From an uncultured Pseudomonadales bacterium (GTDB lineage: Bacteria; Patescibacteriota; Microgenomatia; UBA1400; MFAQ01): a stretch of 64,000 bases of DNA. A program made the translations under genes and the position numbers. The stretch lies in the NCBI GenBank assembly GCA_964357975.1, contig CAYHNG010000006.1, forward strand, positions 487-64,486, given 5' to 3'. Positions 45,612-54,997 of this stretch are shown here, piece by piece. A model generated the notes under the pieces. The model saw nothing but the letters and a program-made list of their open reading frames with translations. It was not told the origin of the DNA and made no database searches. Every line of letters begins with the position of its first letter. The first letter of the stretch is position 1.

Positions 45612-46325
45612 ATGGTAGAAAATGAAATCAGCATAGCCAAACTTGGTCACCTAGAAAAAACACGTACCTACCCCACTAAGTATGTTTATCCAATTCCAAG
45701 AACTCGAGACGGATGGGAGGAGAAAAAATATGTCTATTTGGATTTTGGAACAAACCATAAGGTCAGTCTGCTCACGAGAAAAGTAGAAAATTTTTGTTTA
45801 CCCGCTCTAAATGGGTTCGATTTTGCGGTGAAACCATCATTTTCGGAAACCTATTCAATCGCCTGGAAAACCTTGAAAGATCGAGGGTTTGTGGTTGTAC
45901 CTACAGTAAGAATTGTTGATACAGACACTGTGGCAACCACGAATTTGTCAGTTGATGAAGTCACCAGTATCTACGATCAGAAAATAGATGCCGCAGAAGT
46001 AAGAGATACCTTTCCTATGGACAAATTCTTTATGGATATTCCGCTAAGAAAACTCCAACAAGCAGCAGACAATATTGTTGGCCTGGCAAATAAATCGGGG
46101 GTAGAACTAATGTCTGATGGACCATTTCATATAGTGGTTAATGGAGACGGAAGCTGGTATTTGATACTTCTGGACATTGGAAAGGTGAGAATATACAACA
46201 AACCCAACGAGTTACCCAAATCATCCGTAAAAGATAATGTTTTTTACGTAAACAAGGCAATGACTGCTTTTGCAAGAATTCAGAAAAACATAAGAAGTCT
46301 TCGTGAAGCGCGGGGGTTTACTTAA
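45612..46325 (+). CDS. hypothetical protein, possibly a degenerate kinase-like fold
   Basis: WKTLKDRGFVVVP and FHIVV...LILLDIG resemble kinase subdomains. Confidence 0.65.
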   Translation: MVENEISIAKLGHLEKTRTYPTKYVYPIPRTRDGWEEKKYVYLDFGTNHKVSLLTRKVENFCLPALNGFDFAVKPSFSETYSIAWKTLKDRGFVVVPTVRIVDTDTVATTNLSVDEVTSIYDQKIDAAEVRDTFPMDKFFMDIPLRKLQQAADNIVGLANKSGVELMSDGPFHIVVNGDGSWYLILLDIGKVRIYNKPNELPKSSVKDNVFYVNKAMTAFARIQKNIRSLREARGFT

Positions 46326-46780
46326 AGGAACTAAGGATTTGTTAGGCGGGTGTTTTTGCGGGTACCGCAGGCTGGGGTGGTGCCCCATAATGTTGACTTT
46401 TGAGGCTTTTTGAGGTATAATTTCGAAGTTAAGCAAGTTCATTTCAATTCTACAGATTGGAGGCTATATGGCATCAAATATTGCCGCAGTACGGAGACAG
46501 CGCTCCGACGCAGATATCATTACCCGAAGCTGGGATCAAAACTTCAATATCTGGCTTCGGAACATGCACTAGGATGTTTCCGGTGTCGGAGCGGCCCTAC
46601 GAAGAGAGGCGGCTTCGATGGAGATAATACCACTAGTGACGTCGATTAAGGTCGACGGTGATTCTGACGACGGTGAAGGAGTGTCACTATTAACCTCTGT
46701 CGGTTGATTTTCTTCCATATATACTTGGACTTAATTGGTATAAGTAAATAATATACTGGAAATATAAAAAATATAAACTA

Positions 46781-47425
46781 CTAGAGACAGCTGAGGTTAC
46801 TGCGACAAGCAGAGGCCGCAACTTCATCTGTAGTCTTGGAACAAATTTGACAAATCTTGGTCAGGTCTTCGTTAAGCTTTTGAGTGGTTTCACCGGAATC
46901 TTCGAAGACAAAGTCGGCGGGAACTTTGAAGACCGGATCCACATCATCCCACTGATAGCAGAGTCTGTCTCCGGAGATCTTTGACCCATTGAGCCTTTTG
47001 ACCTCATCAAGTGGTGAAGTGACGATTGTAAGAGGAAGAGAGGAAAGTTTGACCTTCTTGCCGGGAGGGTTGACCACTACATCGTCCTTATTGAAGCGGT
47101 GCGGCTGATTCCAAACGTAGAGCCACTGTCCATCGGAGAGTACTTGAAGATTGAGAGCCTTTTCTTCCGTCATGGCGGCTACTCGGTAATCGAAGCGGGT
47201 GAAATTACCCGATTGGTAGGTAAAAAGCTCAACTGTTTCACTGCCGGAAACAATGACGTTTTGGCATTTGGTGATTTTCTCAAGAACCGGAGATGGGGAG
47301 GCTGTAGGTGTAAGGGAGCCGGGTGTGGTTTTGGTGGGAGACCAGACGCGGCGACTAAAAATGAAGATAAAGATCAAGAGAAATAACAGAGCGAAAAGAA
47401 AAACTTTCTTACTTTTTCTTGTCAT
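46781..47425 (-). CDS. secreted or membrane-anchored hypothetical protein
   Basis: N-terminal TM helix; DGQWLYVW...GKK motif; Cys-rich C-terminus. Confidence 0.75.
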   Translation of the reverse strand: MTRKSKKVFLFALLFLLIFIFIFSRRVWSPTKTTPGSLTPTASPSPVLEKITKCQNVIVSGSETVELFTYQSGNFTRFDYRVAAMTEEKALNLQVLSDGQWLYVWNQPHRFNKDDVVVNPPGKKVKLSSLPLTIVTSPLDEVKRLNGSKISGDRLCYQWDDVDPVFKVPADFVFEDSGETTQKLNEDLTKICQICSKTTDEVAASACRSNLSCL

Positions 47426-47506
47426 ACGTTATAGTATATCGCATAATACACAACAATTTGCCATTTGGAAAGTAAGCGGCACGTTTGTTGAAATATAATC
47501 AAAGAA

Positions 47507-47710
47507 ATGGAGACCAAAAAAAGAGAGTTGGAGGAACAACTTAAAAGAGCACAAACAAAACTGGAACAAGCCATGAAAGAACAGGGAGAAGCCTGTGGAG
47601 AAAACTGCGATTGGCATGATAATAATGCCTACGATTTGGCGGTAAGTTTGACCGAAACATACCAATCTTTGGTAGACTCGATCAAGAAGCAAATCAAAGA
47701 TTTGAAATAG
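47507..47710 (+). CDS. stand-alone GreA/GreB N-terminal coiled-coil-like protein
   Basis: Helix-DWHDNNAY-helix, matching the GDLSENAEY tip of Gre factors. Confidence 0.7.
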   Translation: METKKRELEEQLKRAQTKLEQAMKEQGEACGENCDWHDNNAYDLAVSLTETYQSLVDSIKKQIKDLK

Positions 47711-47716
47711 TAAAAT

Positions 47717-49357
47717 GTGACAAGAAAATTTTTAATGATAACTACCGCCAAACTGGATACCCGCCAAAAAAAATGGCTGAAAAAGAACAAACATAAGTTG
47801 GGTGAAAGACTTGAGAACAAACAGGAAATCGCAACCCCAGCGAAGTACGAAGCACCTCTTCTGTGGGGATTGTTGGCGGCGGCCTTACTAATCTGGATGA
47901 TTAGCCTGCCGAACAAGTTTGTGTCTGATGATATCCCAACGATTTTGAATAATGCCAAGGTGGGTACGTGGAGCATTAACCTCCTCCAACCATGGTGGTC
48001 TTTTCAATATCTAATTTATGCAATCCTGACTAATATATTCGGACTCGTCCCCTGGCCGTTAAGACTGACCGGTATTCTATTTCACCTAACTGCCTCATTT
48101 ATATTGTTCAAAATTGTCCGAAGGTGGTACAGCTTCCTGGCGGCGATCATCGCGGTCGCTTTGTTTGTGGTGGCCCCCACCGTAGTTGAACCGGTAGTGT
48201 GGATTTCGGGCATGCCCTATGTCTTAGGGGGAATGCTGACGATGTTTTGCATCTTCTTACACCTGGATGAAAAGCAAACATTACTAAAACAGGTCGCCGA
48301 AGTTGCTTTTTGGACCTTGTCGGTAATCTCGTGCGAAAAATTTATTTTTATTCCCGTATTGTTATTAATTTGGGATTGGAGAGAAAAAAGATTGGGGAAA
48401 ATGGGTGTGGTTTTGGTGGGTCTTTTTTTGATGTCTTTGTTAAGAGGAATAGGGGTGATCTCTGTCTACACCGAGCGAGCTGCGATATTGAACAACTCAT
48501 ATTACACGGTAGCCGGAGGAATAATTGAAAACCCAATCGCCAAGATATTGGTACCTACAGGAAATTATCTTTGGCTTTATTTTTGGCCTAAGGCTCTGAC
48601 CCTGTACCACTCGGAAGTGGACCTGAGCCGGAAATTTGTTTTTTTCTTCGGCGGAATTTTTGTGCTTTTTTGTCTTTGGGCGTGGGCAGGTACAAAGAAA
48701 ATTAAGAACTTTTGGCTGTGGCCGGCGCTATTTATAACTTCACTGCTGGTGACTCTGACTCCTACAGGGATGAACATGATGGTGGCGGAAAGATATGCCT
48801 ATTTTGGCTATGCCTTCTTGGCCGTGATGATTTCTCTAACCGTTACCGATATTGCCCGGAAAAAGAAACAGAGTGTGGCCCTGTACTGCCTGGTAGCGGT
48901 CTGGGTTTTACTCATGGCCGGTAGGACCATATTACGGATTAGGGACTGGAGGACGGCTGACGCATTGTGGTTTTCGGCCGAAGAGTATTCTCCCAGTAGT
49001 CCAATAAATCACAATAACCTGGGGGATGCGTATGTCAACCTGCATAATGCCGAAAAAGCGATTGAGGAGTTTACTATAGCCATTGAGCTAAATCCGAATT
49101 ACGCGGATGCCATGCATAACAGAGCATCGACCTACATGATATTAGGTGAAAAAGTAAAAGCCAGAGATGGTTTTGAGGAGGCTCTCAAGACTAACCCTAA
49201 TCTATGGATGTCGTATCTCAAACTAGCATTTTTGGATGAGTCGGATAATGACTGGAATCAGGCAATCGTCCATGCGAACAAGGCTTTGGAGATAGTCGAC
49301 TTGCCGGTTATTCGACGCTACATAGAGCTTCTGAGGCAGAAGGCAGGCCAAAAATAA
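47717..49357 (+). CDS. TMTC-like GT-C glycosyltransferase with C-terminal TPRs
   Basis: FVSDD, EPVVWISG, AERYAY, multiple TM helices, TPR repeats. Confidence 0.82.
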   Translation: MTRKFLMITTAKLDTRQKKWLKKNKHKLGERLENKQEIATPAKYEAPLLWGLLAAALLIWMISLPNKFVSDDIPTILNNAKVGTWSINLLQPWWSFQYLIYAILTNIFGLVPWPLRLTGILFHLTASFILFKIVRRWYSFLAAIIAVALFVVAPTVVEPVVWISGMPYVLGGMLTMFCIFLHLDEKQTLLKQVAEVAFWTLSVISCEKFIFIPVLLLIWDWREKRLGKMGVVLVGLFLMSLLRGIGVISVYTERAAILNNSYYTVAGGIIENPIAKILVPTGNYLWLYFWPKALTLYHSEVDLSRKFVFFFGGIFVLFCLWAWAGTKKIKNFWLWPALFITSLLVTLTPTGMNMMVAERYAYFGYAFLAVMISLTVTDIARKKKQSVALYCLVAVWVLLMAGRTILRIRDWRTADALWFSAEEYSPSSPINHNNLGDAYVNLHNAEKAIEEFTIAIELNPNYADAMHNRASTYMILGEKVKARDGFEEALKTNPNLWMSYLKLAFLDESDNDWNQAIVHANKALEIVDLPVIRRYIELLRQKAGQK

Positions 49358-49370
49358 CACGGTGTTATTG

Positions 49371-49907
49371 CTAGTTTACTTTGGCCGGAATAGTGGGAAT
49401 AGCCTTCATCATTTCTGAGAAGTCAGTGAACTGGACGTCGGCGGGAGGAGCAAAATCTGTATCCGATACCCCACCTCTGGTACAGTCCATCTTGTACTTG
49501 GTCTCATCGTCATAACCGGCGGTTTGTTGAGCCGCATCTATCGGAGCCACAGCTGAGGGTGTCTCGGAAGGTTGGAGAGGTTTCTCTATTTCGAGTTTGG
49601 TCTTGAAGCCGGTTTTTTCACCTTCGTTCCAGATATATGAGTAAGTTCCGTCGTTGATCATTGTACCCTTCTGACCTTCACCAATATCCGACCCGACGAA
49701 CTTCATCTTTTTGCCGGAGACGATAATTTGGGTGCTTGAGTTATCTGCTAGATTGGTTACTAGGCACTTGGCCTGGCCGCCGCGACTAATGATCTGAGAC
49801 AATTTTTCGGCCTTTTGCTGTTCGGTACCGGTAATGGGGGTCTGGGGAAAGAGAGTACAGCCGGAAAGAAATAAAGCGGCCGGAAGAATAAAGGCGAGCT
49901 TTTTCAT
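49371..49907 (-). CDS. lipoprotein of unknown function
   Basis: LSGC lipobox; DGTYSYIW...GFK motif. Confidence 0.8.
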   Translation of the reverse strand: MKKLAFILPAALFLSGCTLFPQTPITGTEQQKAEKLSQIISRGGQAKCLVTNLADNSSTQIIVSGKKMKFVGSDIGEGQKGTMINDGTYSYIWNEGEKTGFKTKLEIEKPLQPSETPSAVAPIDAAQQTAGYDDETKYKMDCTRGGVSDTDFAPPADVQFTDFSEMMKAIPTIPAKVN

Positions 49908-49951
49908 ACAAAAAAGTAATTAATATAGTTTGATTATATCGAAATTTTGGG

Positions 49952-50653
49952 TTAGTGGGGAGAGTTCCGACGATGTCTTAAGGTTCGGTTAGCAATGAAT
50001 AATATTCCAATGAGAAAAAGGTTAATGACCACACTAATGAGAAGAGTGGTAGAGATGGTGTCGGATAGAGAAATGATCTTGGAAGATGGACTGATGAAGA
50101 TCTGGAAACCTAGTATCCAGGCCAAAAGACCGGCTACAAACACAATAATGACCAAAGGCAACGTCTGCCGAATGTCTGACCAGCTGGGGAAAAAAGAGTT
50201 GGCAACGGTAAAAAAAAGATAACCCTGAAGAAAGGCCACCGCCCACTGACCGGAGCCGGAGCTGGTCTGAATGAGAGAAGCCAACCAAATCAAGAGAATA
50301 AGACCGACCACAAAAGGAGCTGTCCCAATAAAAAAACCTTGTATGGGGTTAGGTTTCTGTGTTTGGACATAGCCCAAAGCCACTGTTTGCCCCCGTCCTT
50401 CATCTTCCCAATCATCTTCAAGGAGTTCCGGGAAAATCTCAATTTTTCCGGTTCTGGCTCCCGTAATGATGGCAAAAAAGAAATGGGACATTTCGTGAAT
50501 GACTGTACCGGGTAAAAAAATAAGACTCCAAATGACGATAAGACTCCGATTTCCACCTCCGAAGAGATGAATGAGGTGGCTAATTTCGACAGTCAACCAT
50601 TTCTTGGAAAAGAAAATTAGAAGCAGGCTAATTAGGACAAACACGATGGACAT
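49952..50653 (-). CDS. M50-like membrane metalloprotease
   Basis: PGTVIHEMSH, IGTAP and PSWSD in a multi-TM protein. Confidence 0.8.
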   Translation of the reverse strand: MSIVFVLISLLLIFFSKKWLTVEISHLIHLFGGGNRSLIVIWSLIFLPGTVIHEMSHFFFAIITGARTGKIEIFPELLEDDWEDEGRGQTVALGYVQTQKPNPIQGFFIGTAPFVVGLILLIWLASLIQTSSGSGQWAVAFLQGYLFFTVANSFFPSWSDIRQTLPLVIIVFVAGLLAWILGFQIFISPSSKIISLSDTISTTLLISVVINLFLIGILFIANRTLRHRRNSPH

Positions 50654-50681
50654 CTAAGCATTAGTATACGGCCAATAAATT

Positions 50682-50954
50682 GTGTATGATGAATTTATGT
50701 ACAACTATTATCAAAACATGATGCTCTCGGGCTCATTTAGCTGGTTATACTTTTTCGTGCTGTTGGACTTAATCCTGAAAGGGATAGCCCTCTATAAAAG
50801 TGCCGGAAGGAAGCAGGTTATCTGGTTTGTCGCTCTCCTCCTGGTAAACAGTTTGGGTATATTGCCGACCATCTACTTGGTGATTCACAAGGATGTCTTT
50901 GTGGGAACTACCCAAAAGACCGCCGTTAAGAAAGTTGCTAAGAGAAAGAAATAA
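50682..50954 (+). CDS. DUF5652-like small membrane protein
   Basis: LKGIALYKSA...WFVALLLVNSLGILPTIYL. Confidence 0.75.
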   Translation: MYDEFMYNYYQNMMLSGSFSWLYFFVLLDLILKGIALYKSAGRKQVIWFVALLLVNSLGILPTIYLVIHKDVFVGTTQKTAVKKVAKRKK

Positions 50955-50987
50955 AAAGCCCCGCAGGTAATGCAGGGCGCGTATTTA

Positions 50988-52721
50988 CTAAGTTTGCAAG
51001 GAAACCATTTTGGCATAGAGTCCATTTTGGAGAACCAGTTGCTGATGAGTTCCTTCCTCAACTTTTTTGCCGTTATCCATGACAACTATTTTGTTGGCCA
51101 GTCCCCAAACGGTAGACAATCGATGAGCAATGACAATGGCGGTTTTCCCGGTAAGGATGGTACGCATACTGGTTTGGATTTCGTTTTCGGTGATCGCATC
51201 CACAGCACTGGTGGCTTCGTCCAAGATGAGAATCGGTCGGTCGGCCAAAATGGCTCTGGCCAGAGCGACTCGCTGTTTTTGACCTCCGGACAAACGAACG
51301 CCTCTCTCGCCTACCTGGGTGTGGAAGCCATCTTTTAGATTCAAGACGAAATCGAGAATGCCGGCAAGTTTTGCGGCGCGTTCAACTTCTTCGTCGGTAG
51401 CTTCCGGACAGGGAAAAGCGATGTTGTAACGAATAGTTTCGTCAAAGATATAAACATCATCACCCTGAGGGACGTAGGAGAACTGTTCTAGAAGTTGATG
51501 GCCGTCCCAATCATTGATGTCCACCCCACCTACCTGAATGAGGCCTTTTTGGCAGCGTGCCAGACGGGTGACTATTTTACGAATAGTGGTTTTACCGGCG
51601 CCTGACGGACCAACCAAAGCAACAATTTGACCAGGCTCTACCTCCAGACTGAAGTCGTGCAAAGCGCCATCTTCTTCGGTGTAATCCCCGTCGTAAGCGA
51701 AGCAGACATCCTGGAGACTAATACCTAAAGGTTGGCCGGAGATCTCTCGGACTGTTCCTGTCTCCAGCGGCTCTTCCTCCCCCAGAAGATCAGCCAACCT
51801 TTTGGCTCCTTCACTATTCTGAGCCGCACGGTCCAGCAGTCTGGCAAAGCGCCAAAAACTGGAAAACAATCGTTCAACCAAGACGCTCACGAAGATCAGA
51901 GCGGCAATAGTGAGAGTCCCCTGCGTGAGCTGTAATATCCAGATCGCCAGAATAATTCGACGGGCGACTGTGAGGATTCTTATCCGCCAACGGTTGTACT
52001 TAAAGACACCCAGTCGGTGTTCTTTGAGGGCTTCACCAATAATGCCATCGTGAATTTTGGCCTGATCTTCCAACAGCCGATCTTGTTGGCCAAACATCAG
52101 ATTGGTTTCCACCGACTGAACTGAGGCGATGGATTTGTTCCATTCTTCCTCGTAGAAGTCTTGACGCTTGGCTCTGAAAGGCTCTTTTTCGGCGTTCCCT
52201 TTGATAGTGAGCCAAGCAAAAAGCACAAACGTGACGATAGCTATCAAAGCGACCCACGGGCTAATAAAAAATAACGGAATGAGACTGATAACGGTTTGGA
52301 CGACTGTCGGGACAAACTCCCAGCTCATCACATCCACTATCTCCAGAGTTTTCCACACACCGTCACCGACCTTGCCGACCAAGGTGCCGGAGTTGTGTTT
52401 GTGGTGCCAAGCCATATTCATCTTGAGAAACTTGGAAACGGCGGAAAGTTTCAAATGCCGAAAGATAGGATGACTTTGTTTGGCAATAATATGCCAATCA
52501 AAAGCGTTGTCCAACCGCATGTTGATTTCATCGAAAACAAGCAGTCCAAGTATCAGCAAAATCCAGATTAAGGGAGCAATTCCGCTGCCAAAAAGAGTAA
52601 CGACCAGGCTAATAACATAGCTGTTACCCAACTGAACCGTCTCGTACAGAACAGCGATAAATACAAAAACGAGAAAAGTACGGTGAAACGGTGCCAAGAG
52701 AGACCAGATTTTCTTGATCAT
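50988..52721 (-). CDS. ABC exporter, fused TMD-NBD (MsbA/multidrug type)
   Basis: TM domain, GPSGAGKT, LSGGQKQR, LDEATSAVD, IAHRLST. Confidence 0.93.
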   Translation of the reverse strand: MIKKIWSLLAPFHRTFLVFVFIAVLYETVQLGNSYVISLVVTLFGSGIAPLIWILLILGLLVFDEINMRLDNAFDWHIIAKQSHPIFRHLKLSAVSKFLKMNMAWHHKHNSGTLVGKVGDGVWKTLEIVDVMSWEFVPTVVQTVISLIPLFFISPWVALIAIVTFVLFAWLTIKGNAEKEPFRAKRQDFYEEEWNKSIASVQSVETNLMFGQQDRLLEDQAKIHDGIIGEALKEHRLGVFKYNRWRIRILTVARRIILAIWILQLTQGTLTIAALIFVSVLVERLFSSFWRFARLLDRAAQNSEGAKRLADLLGEEEPLETGTVREISGQPLGISLQDVCFAYDGDYTEEDGALHDFSLEVEPGQIVALVGPSGAGKTTIRKIVTRLARCQKGLIQVGGVDINDWDGHQLLEQFSYVPQGDDVYIFDETIRYNIAFPCPEATDEEVERAAKLAGILDFVLNLKDGFHTQVGERGVRLSGGQKQRVALARAILADRPILILDEATSAVDAITENEIQTSMRTILTGKTAIVIAHRLSTVWGLANKIVVMDNGKKVEEGTHQQLVLQNGLYAKMVSLQT

Positions 52722-52752
52722 ATTACCTCCAAGATTAAGTTAAGGTGCGCAC

Positions 52753-52781
52753 AAAAAAACGCCGCGTATGCTGCGGCGTTT
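52753..52781 (-). terminator. attenuator terminator in the ABC exporter leader
   Basis: AAACGCCGC...GCGGCGTTT then a U-run, about 30 nt before the start codon. Confidence 0.8.
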
Positions 52782-52802
52782 GCGTAAATCTAAAGTGGCA
52801 AG

Positions 52803-52907
52803 TTATGGATTGATATACGCAAGAACCGAAGCACAATTAAGGCCAGAAAGACCCTCCGCAAAACTTTGCGGAAGAGTTAACCTGATATTTAGGACAGTGT
52901 TTCTCAT
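52803..52907 (-). CDS. putative leader peptide, 34 aa (MRNTVLNIRLTLPQSFAEGLSGLNCASVLAYINP)
   Basis: Short ORF between a TTGACA-17-TATAGT promoter (52962-52934) and the leader terminator. Confidence 0.55.
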   Translation of the reverse strand: MRNTVLNIRLTLPQSFAEGLSGLNCASVLAYINP

Positions 52908-52995
52908 ATAGTTTGCCAATAAAGGCAAATGGTACTATATCATCATCTTATGGGCTTGTCAACCGGGAGTTCTAGGTAAGTAATATAATTAAATT

Positions 52996-53247
52996 ATGTC
53001 GAGCGTAAACAACATAAATATAAACATTAACCTAGCTGGAATTCAAAAGATTGTGGCCGACATCAGCCTCAGATTGAGTCATCTGAGTGGGAACGACGTG
53101 GCTTTTATCTTACTTGCTATCATATTACCGCCCATCGCCGTTCTGCTTAAGGTAGGCTTAACTACTCAGTTTTGGATAAATGTCATTTTGACTATTTTGG
53201 GAGTAGTACCAGGACAGATTCACGCTCTTTGGATCGTCCTTTTTTAG
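52996..53247 (+). CDS. YqaE/Pmp3 family membrane proteolipid
   Basis: ILLAIILPPIAV...FWINVILTILG..PG.IHALW. Confidence 0.88.
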   Translation: MSSVNNINININLAGIQKIVADISLRLSHLSGNDVAFILLAIILPPIAVLLKVGLTTQFWINVILTILGVVPGQIHALWIVLF

Positions 53248-53277
53248 ACTCTAAGCTCCCGACAGATTAGCCCAAAC

Positions 53278-53751
53278 TTATTTTCGCACAGAGGCACTAG
53301 GGGTGGCTGTTCTCACCTGAGGGTTGAGCTGAATGTTTTGGGCGGTCACACTACCATCGGCGTTGGTCTGACCAAAAATGGAGACTTGCTCTCCCACTTT
53401 CAGATCGTCAGTGACAGCTGTTTGAGCTTTGTTGATTTGAGTAGTGGAAGAAAGAAAAATAATTTTACTACCGCCGTCGTTCATCTTTACAGTGAGACTT
53501 TTACCGTCGGAACTGGTAATTTCCCCTGCTACAGGACGATTAATTCCTCCCCTGTTTTGTCCCATTTGAGAGTTGCTTAGTAGAGTTTGTCCATTTTGAC
53601 CTGCTTGGTCTCGATTTCGTTGGTTAAATTGATTAACAAAGGCTGTTTTTTTGTTTGACTGATATTTGGTTCCACCGTAGAAACCAACCCCAAGAGAGAG
53701 GAGGATGGAAACTACAAGTACTGCTGTTTGATTTTGTTTGGTGTTTGTCAT
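53278..53751 (-). CDS. membrane-anchored DUF5666-like protein
   Basis: GEITSSDGKSLTVK...DLKVGEQV...DGSVTAQNIQ. Confidence 0.7.
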   Translation of the reverse strand: MTNTKQNQTAVLVVSILLSLGVGFYGGTKYQSNKKTAFVNQFNQRNRDQAGQNGQTLLSNSQMGQNRGGINRPVAGEITSSDGKSLTVKMNDGGSKIIFLSSTTQINKAQTAVTDDLKVGEQVSIFGQTNADGSVTAQNIQLNPQVRTATPSASVRK

Positions 53752-53773
53752 TTTGTCTGTTTATTAATTAATA

Positions 53774-54997
53774 CTATTCATAACGGAGGGCTTCGATAGG
53801 CTGGAGATCGGAGGCTTTTTTGGCCGGATACCAGCCGAAGACGATACCAATTACACTGGAGACGGCAAAGGCGAGCAAAACCGATGAGCCGGAGATGACA
53901 AAGAGTGAGGAAGTTACCCGAGAATAGATGAGAGCAAGTATGACGCCAAGAACAATACCGATAAGGCCACCGGTAAACGTGAGGATTACCGATTCGACAA
54001 GAAATTGAGTAATAATAGTTTTCTTTTTAGCGCCGAGGGCTTTTCTAAGGCCTATTTCTCTAGTTCTCTCGGTGACCGTGACTAGCATGATGTTCATAAT
54101 GCCAATACCACCAACCAATAAGGAGATTGCTGCAACGCCGGAAAGCAGAGTAGTGAATGTGCCAGTGATAGATGAGGCGGTGCTTAAGATATCAGCCTGA
54201 GACATGATCGAAAAATCGGCTTTGGTGGGATCGGAAATCTTGTGCATGTCTAGCAAAAGATAACCAATTTCGTTGACTGCGTCATTCATTGACTCGGCAT
54301 CTTTGGCTTCGATGGCGATTGAAGATAGATATTTGGAGCCAAATAATTGCTTTTGGGCGGTGGAAAGAGGCACATAGATGCGATCATCTTGATTGTTGAA
54401 ACCGCTTCCCCCTTTGGCGGTAGTGATACCGATAATGGTGAAGTATTGGCTACCTATGCGAATTTTTTCACCAAGTGGAACACTGCCCTCACCAAAAAGA
54501 TCGGTAACCACCGTTGATCCCAAAACGGCAACCTTAGTCATATTTCTTTCGTCTAATTCGGAAATAAAGTTGCCTGACTCGACAACAATATTGTGAACTG
54601 ATATATAGACGGGAACCGCACCAATAATGGTAGTATTGGTGTTTTGGCTACCAGTAATAACCTGGGAGCGCCTTGAGTATTCCGGAGAGACATTTTTGAC
54701 TGTGGTAATTTTTGCGGAAGTTTTTATCGCTTCAGCATCCGCATTGGTCAAAGTGTTACTACTACCCTGAGCGCCTCTAACAACCCCACTCCTTTGAGAA
54801 CTAGCGGAAACAGTCAAGAGATTGGAGCCAAGAGATTGAATACTTGCTTGAATTGATTGCTGACTGGATTTACCAATAGAGATAAGAGCGATAACCGAAC
54901 CAATACCAATGACAATACCCAAGATCGCCAGACCGCTACGCATTTTGTTTAACTTTAGAGTGCTGACACTTTCGATAAATTGATCTAGAAAATTCAT
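53774..54997 (-). CDS. MacB-like ABC permease
   Basis: GIMNIMLVTVTERTREIGLRKALGA; ends PIEALRYE. Confidence 0.93.
   Translation of the reverse strand: MNFLDQFIESVSTLKLNKMRSGLAILGIVIGIGSVIALISIGKSSQQSIQASIQSLGSNLLTVSASSQRSGVVRGAQGSSNTLTNADAEAIKTSAKITTVKNVSPEYSRRSQVITGSQNTNTTIIGAVPVYISVHNIVVESGNFISELDERNMTKVAVLGSTVVTDLFGEGSVPLGEKIRIGSQYFTIIGITTAKGGSGFNNQDDRIYVPLSTAQKQLFGSKYLSSIAIEAKDAESMNDAVNEIGYLLLDMHKISDPTKADFSIMSQADILSTASSITGTFTTLLSGVAAISLLVGGIGIMNIMLVTVTERTREIGLRKALGAKKKTIITQFLVESVILTFTGGLIGIVLGVILALIYSRVTSSLFVISGSSVLLAFAVSSVIGIVFGWYPAKKASDLQPIEALRYE

Noticed and set aside
41000-46400. Integron cassette array interpretation of the co-oriented small genes
   Set aside because: No integrase, and no repeated attC sites with matching RYYYAAC/GTTRRRY ends; only an isolated GTTAGGC near 46341.
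34880-47000. Prophage or integrative element at tRNA-Glu
   Set aside because: No integrase, phage structural genes or duplicated tRNA 3' end were found by eye.
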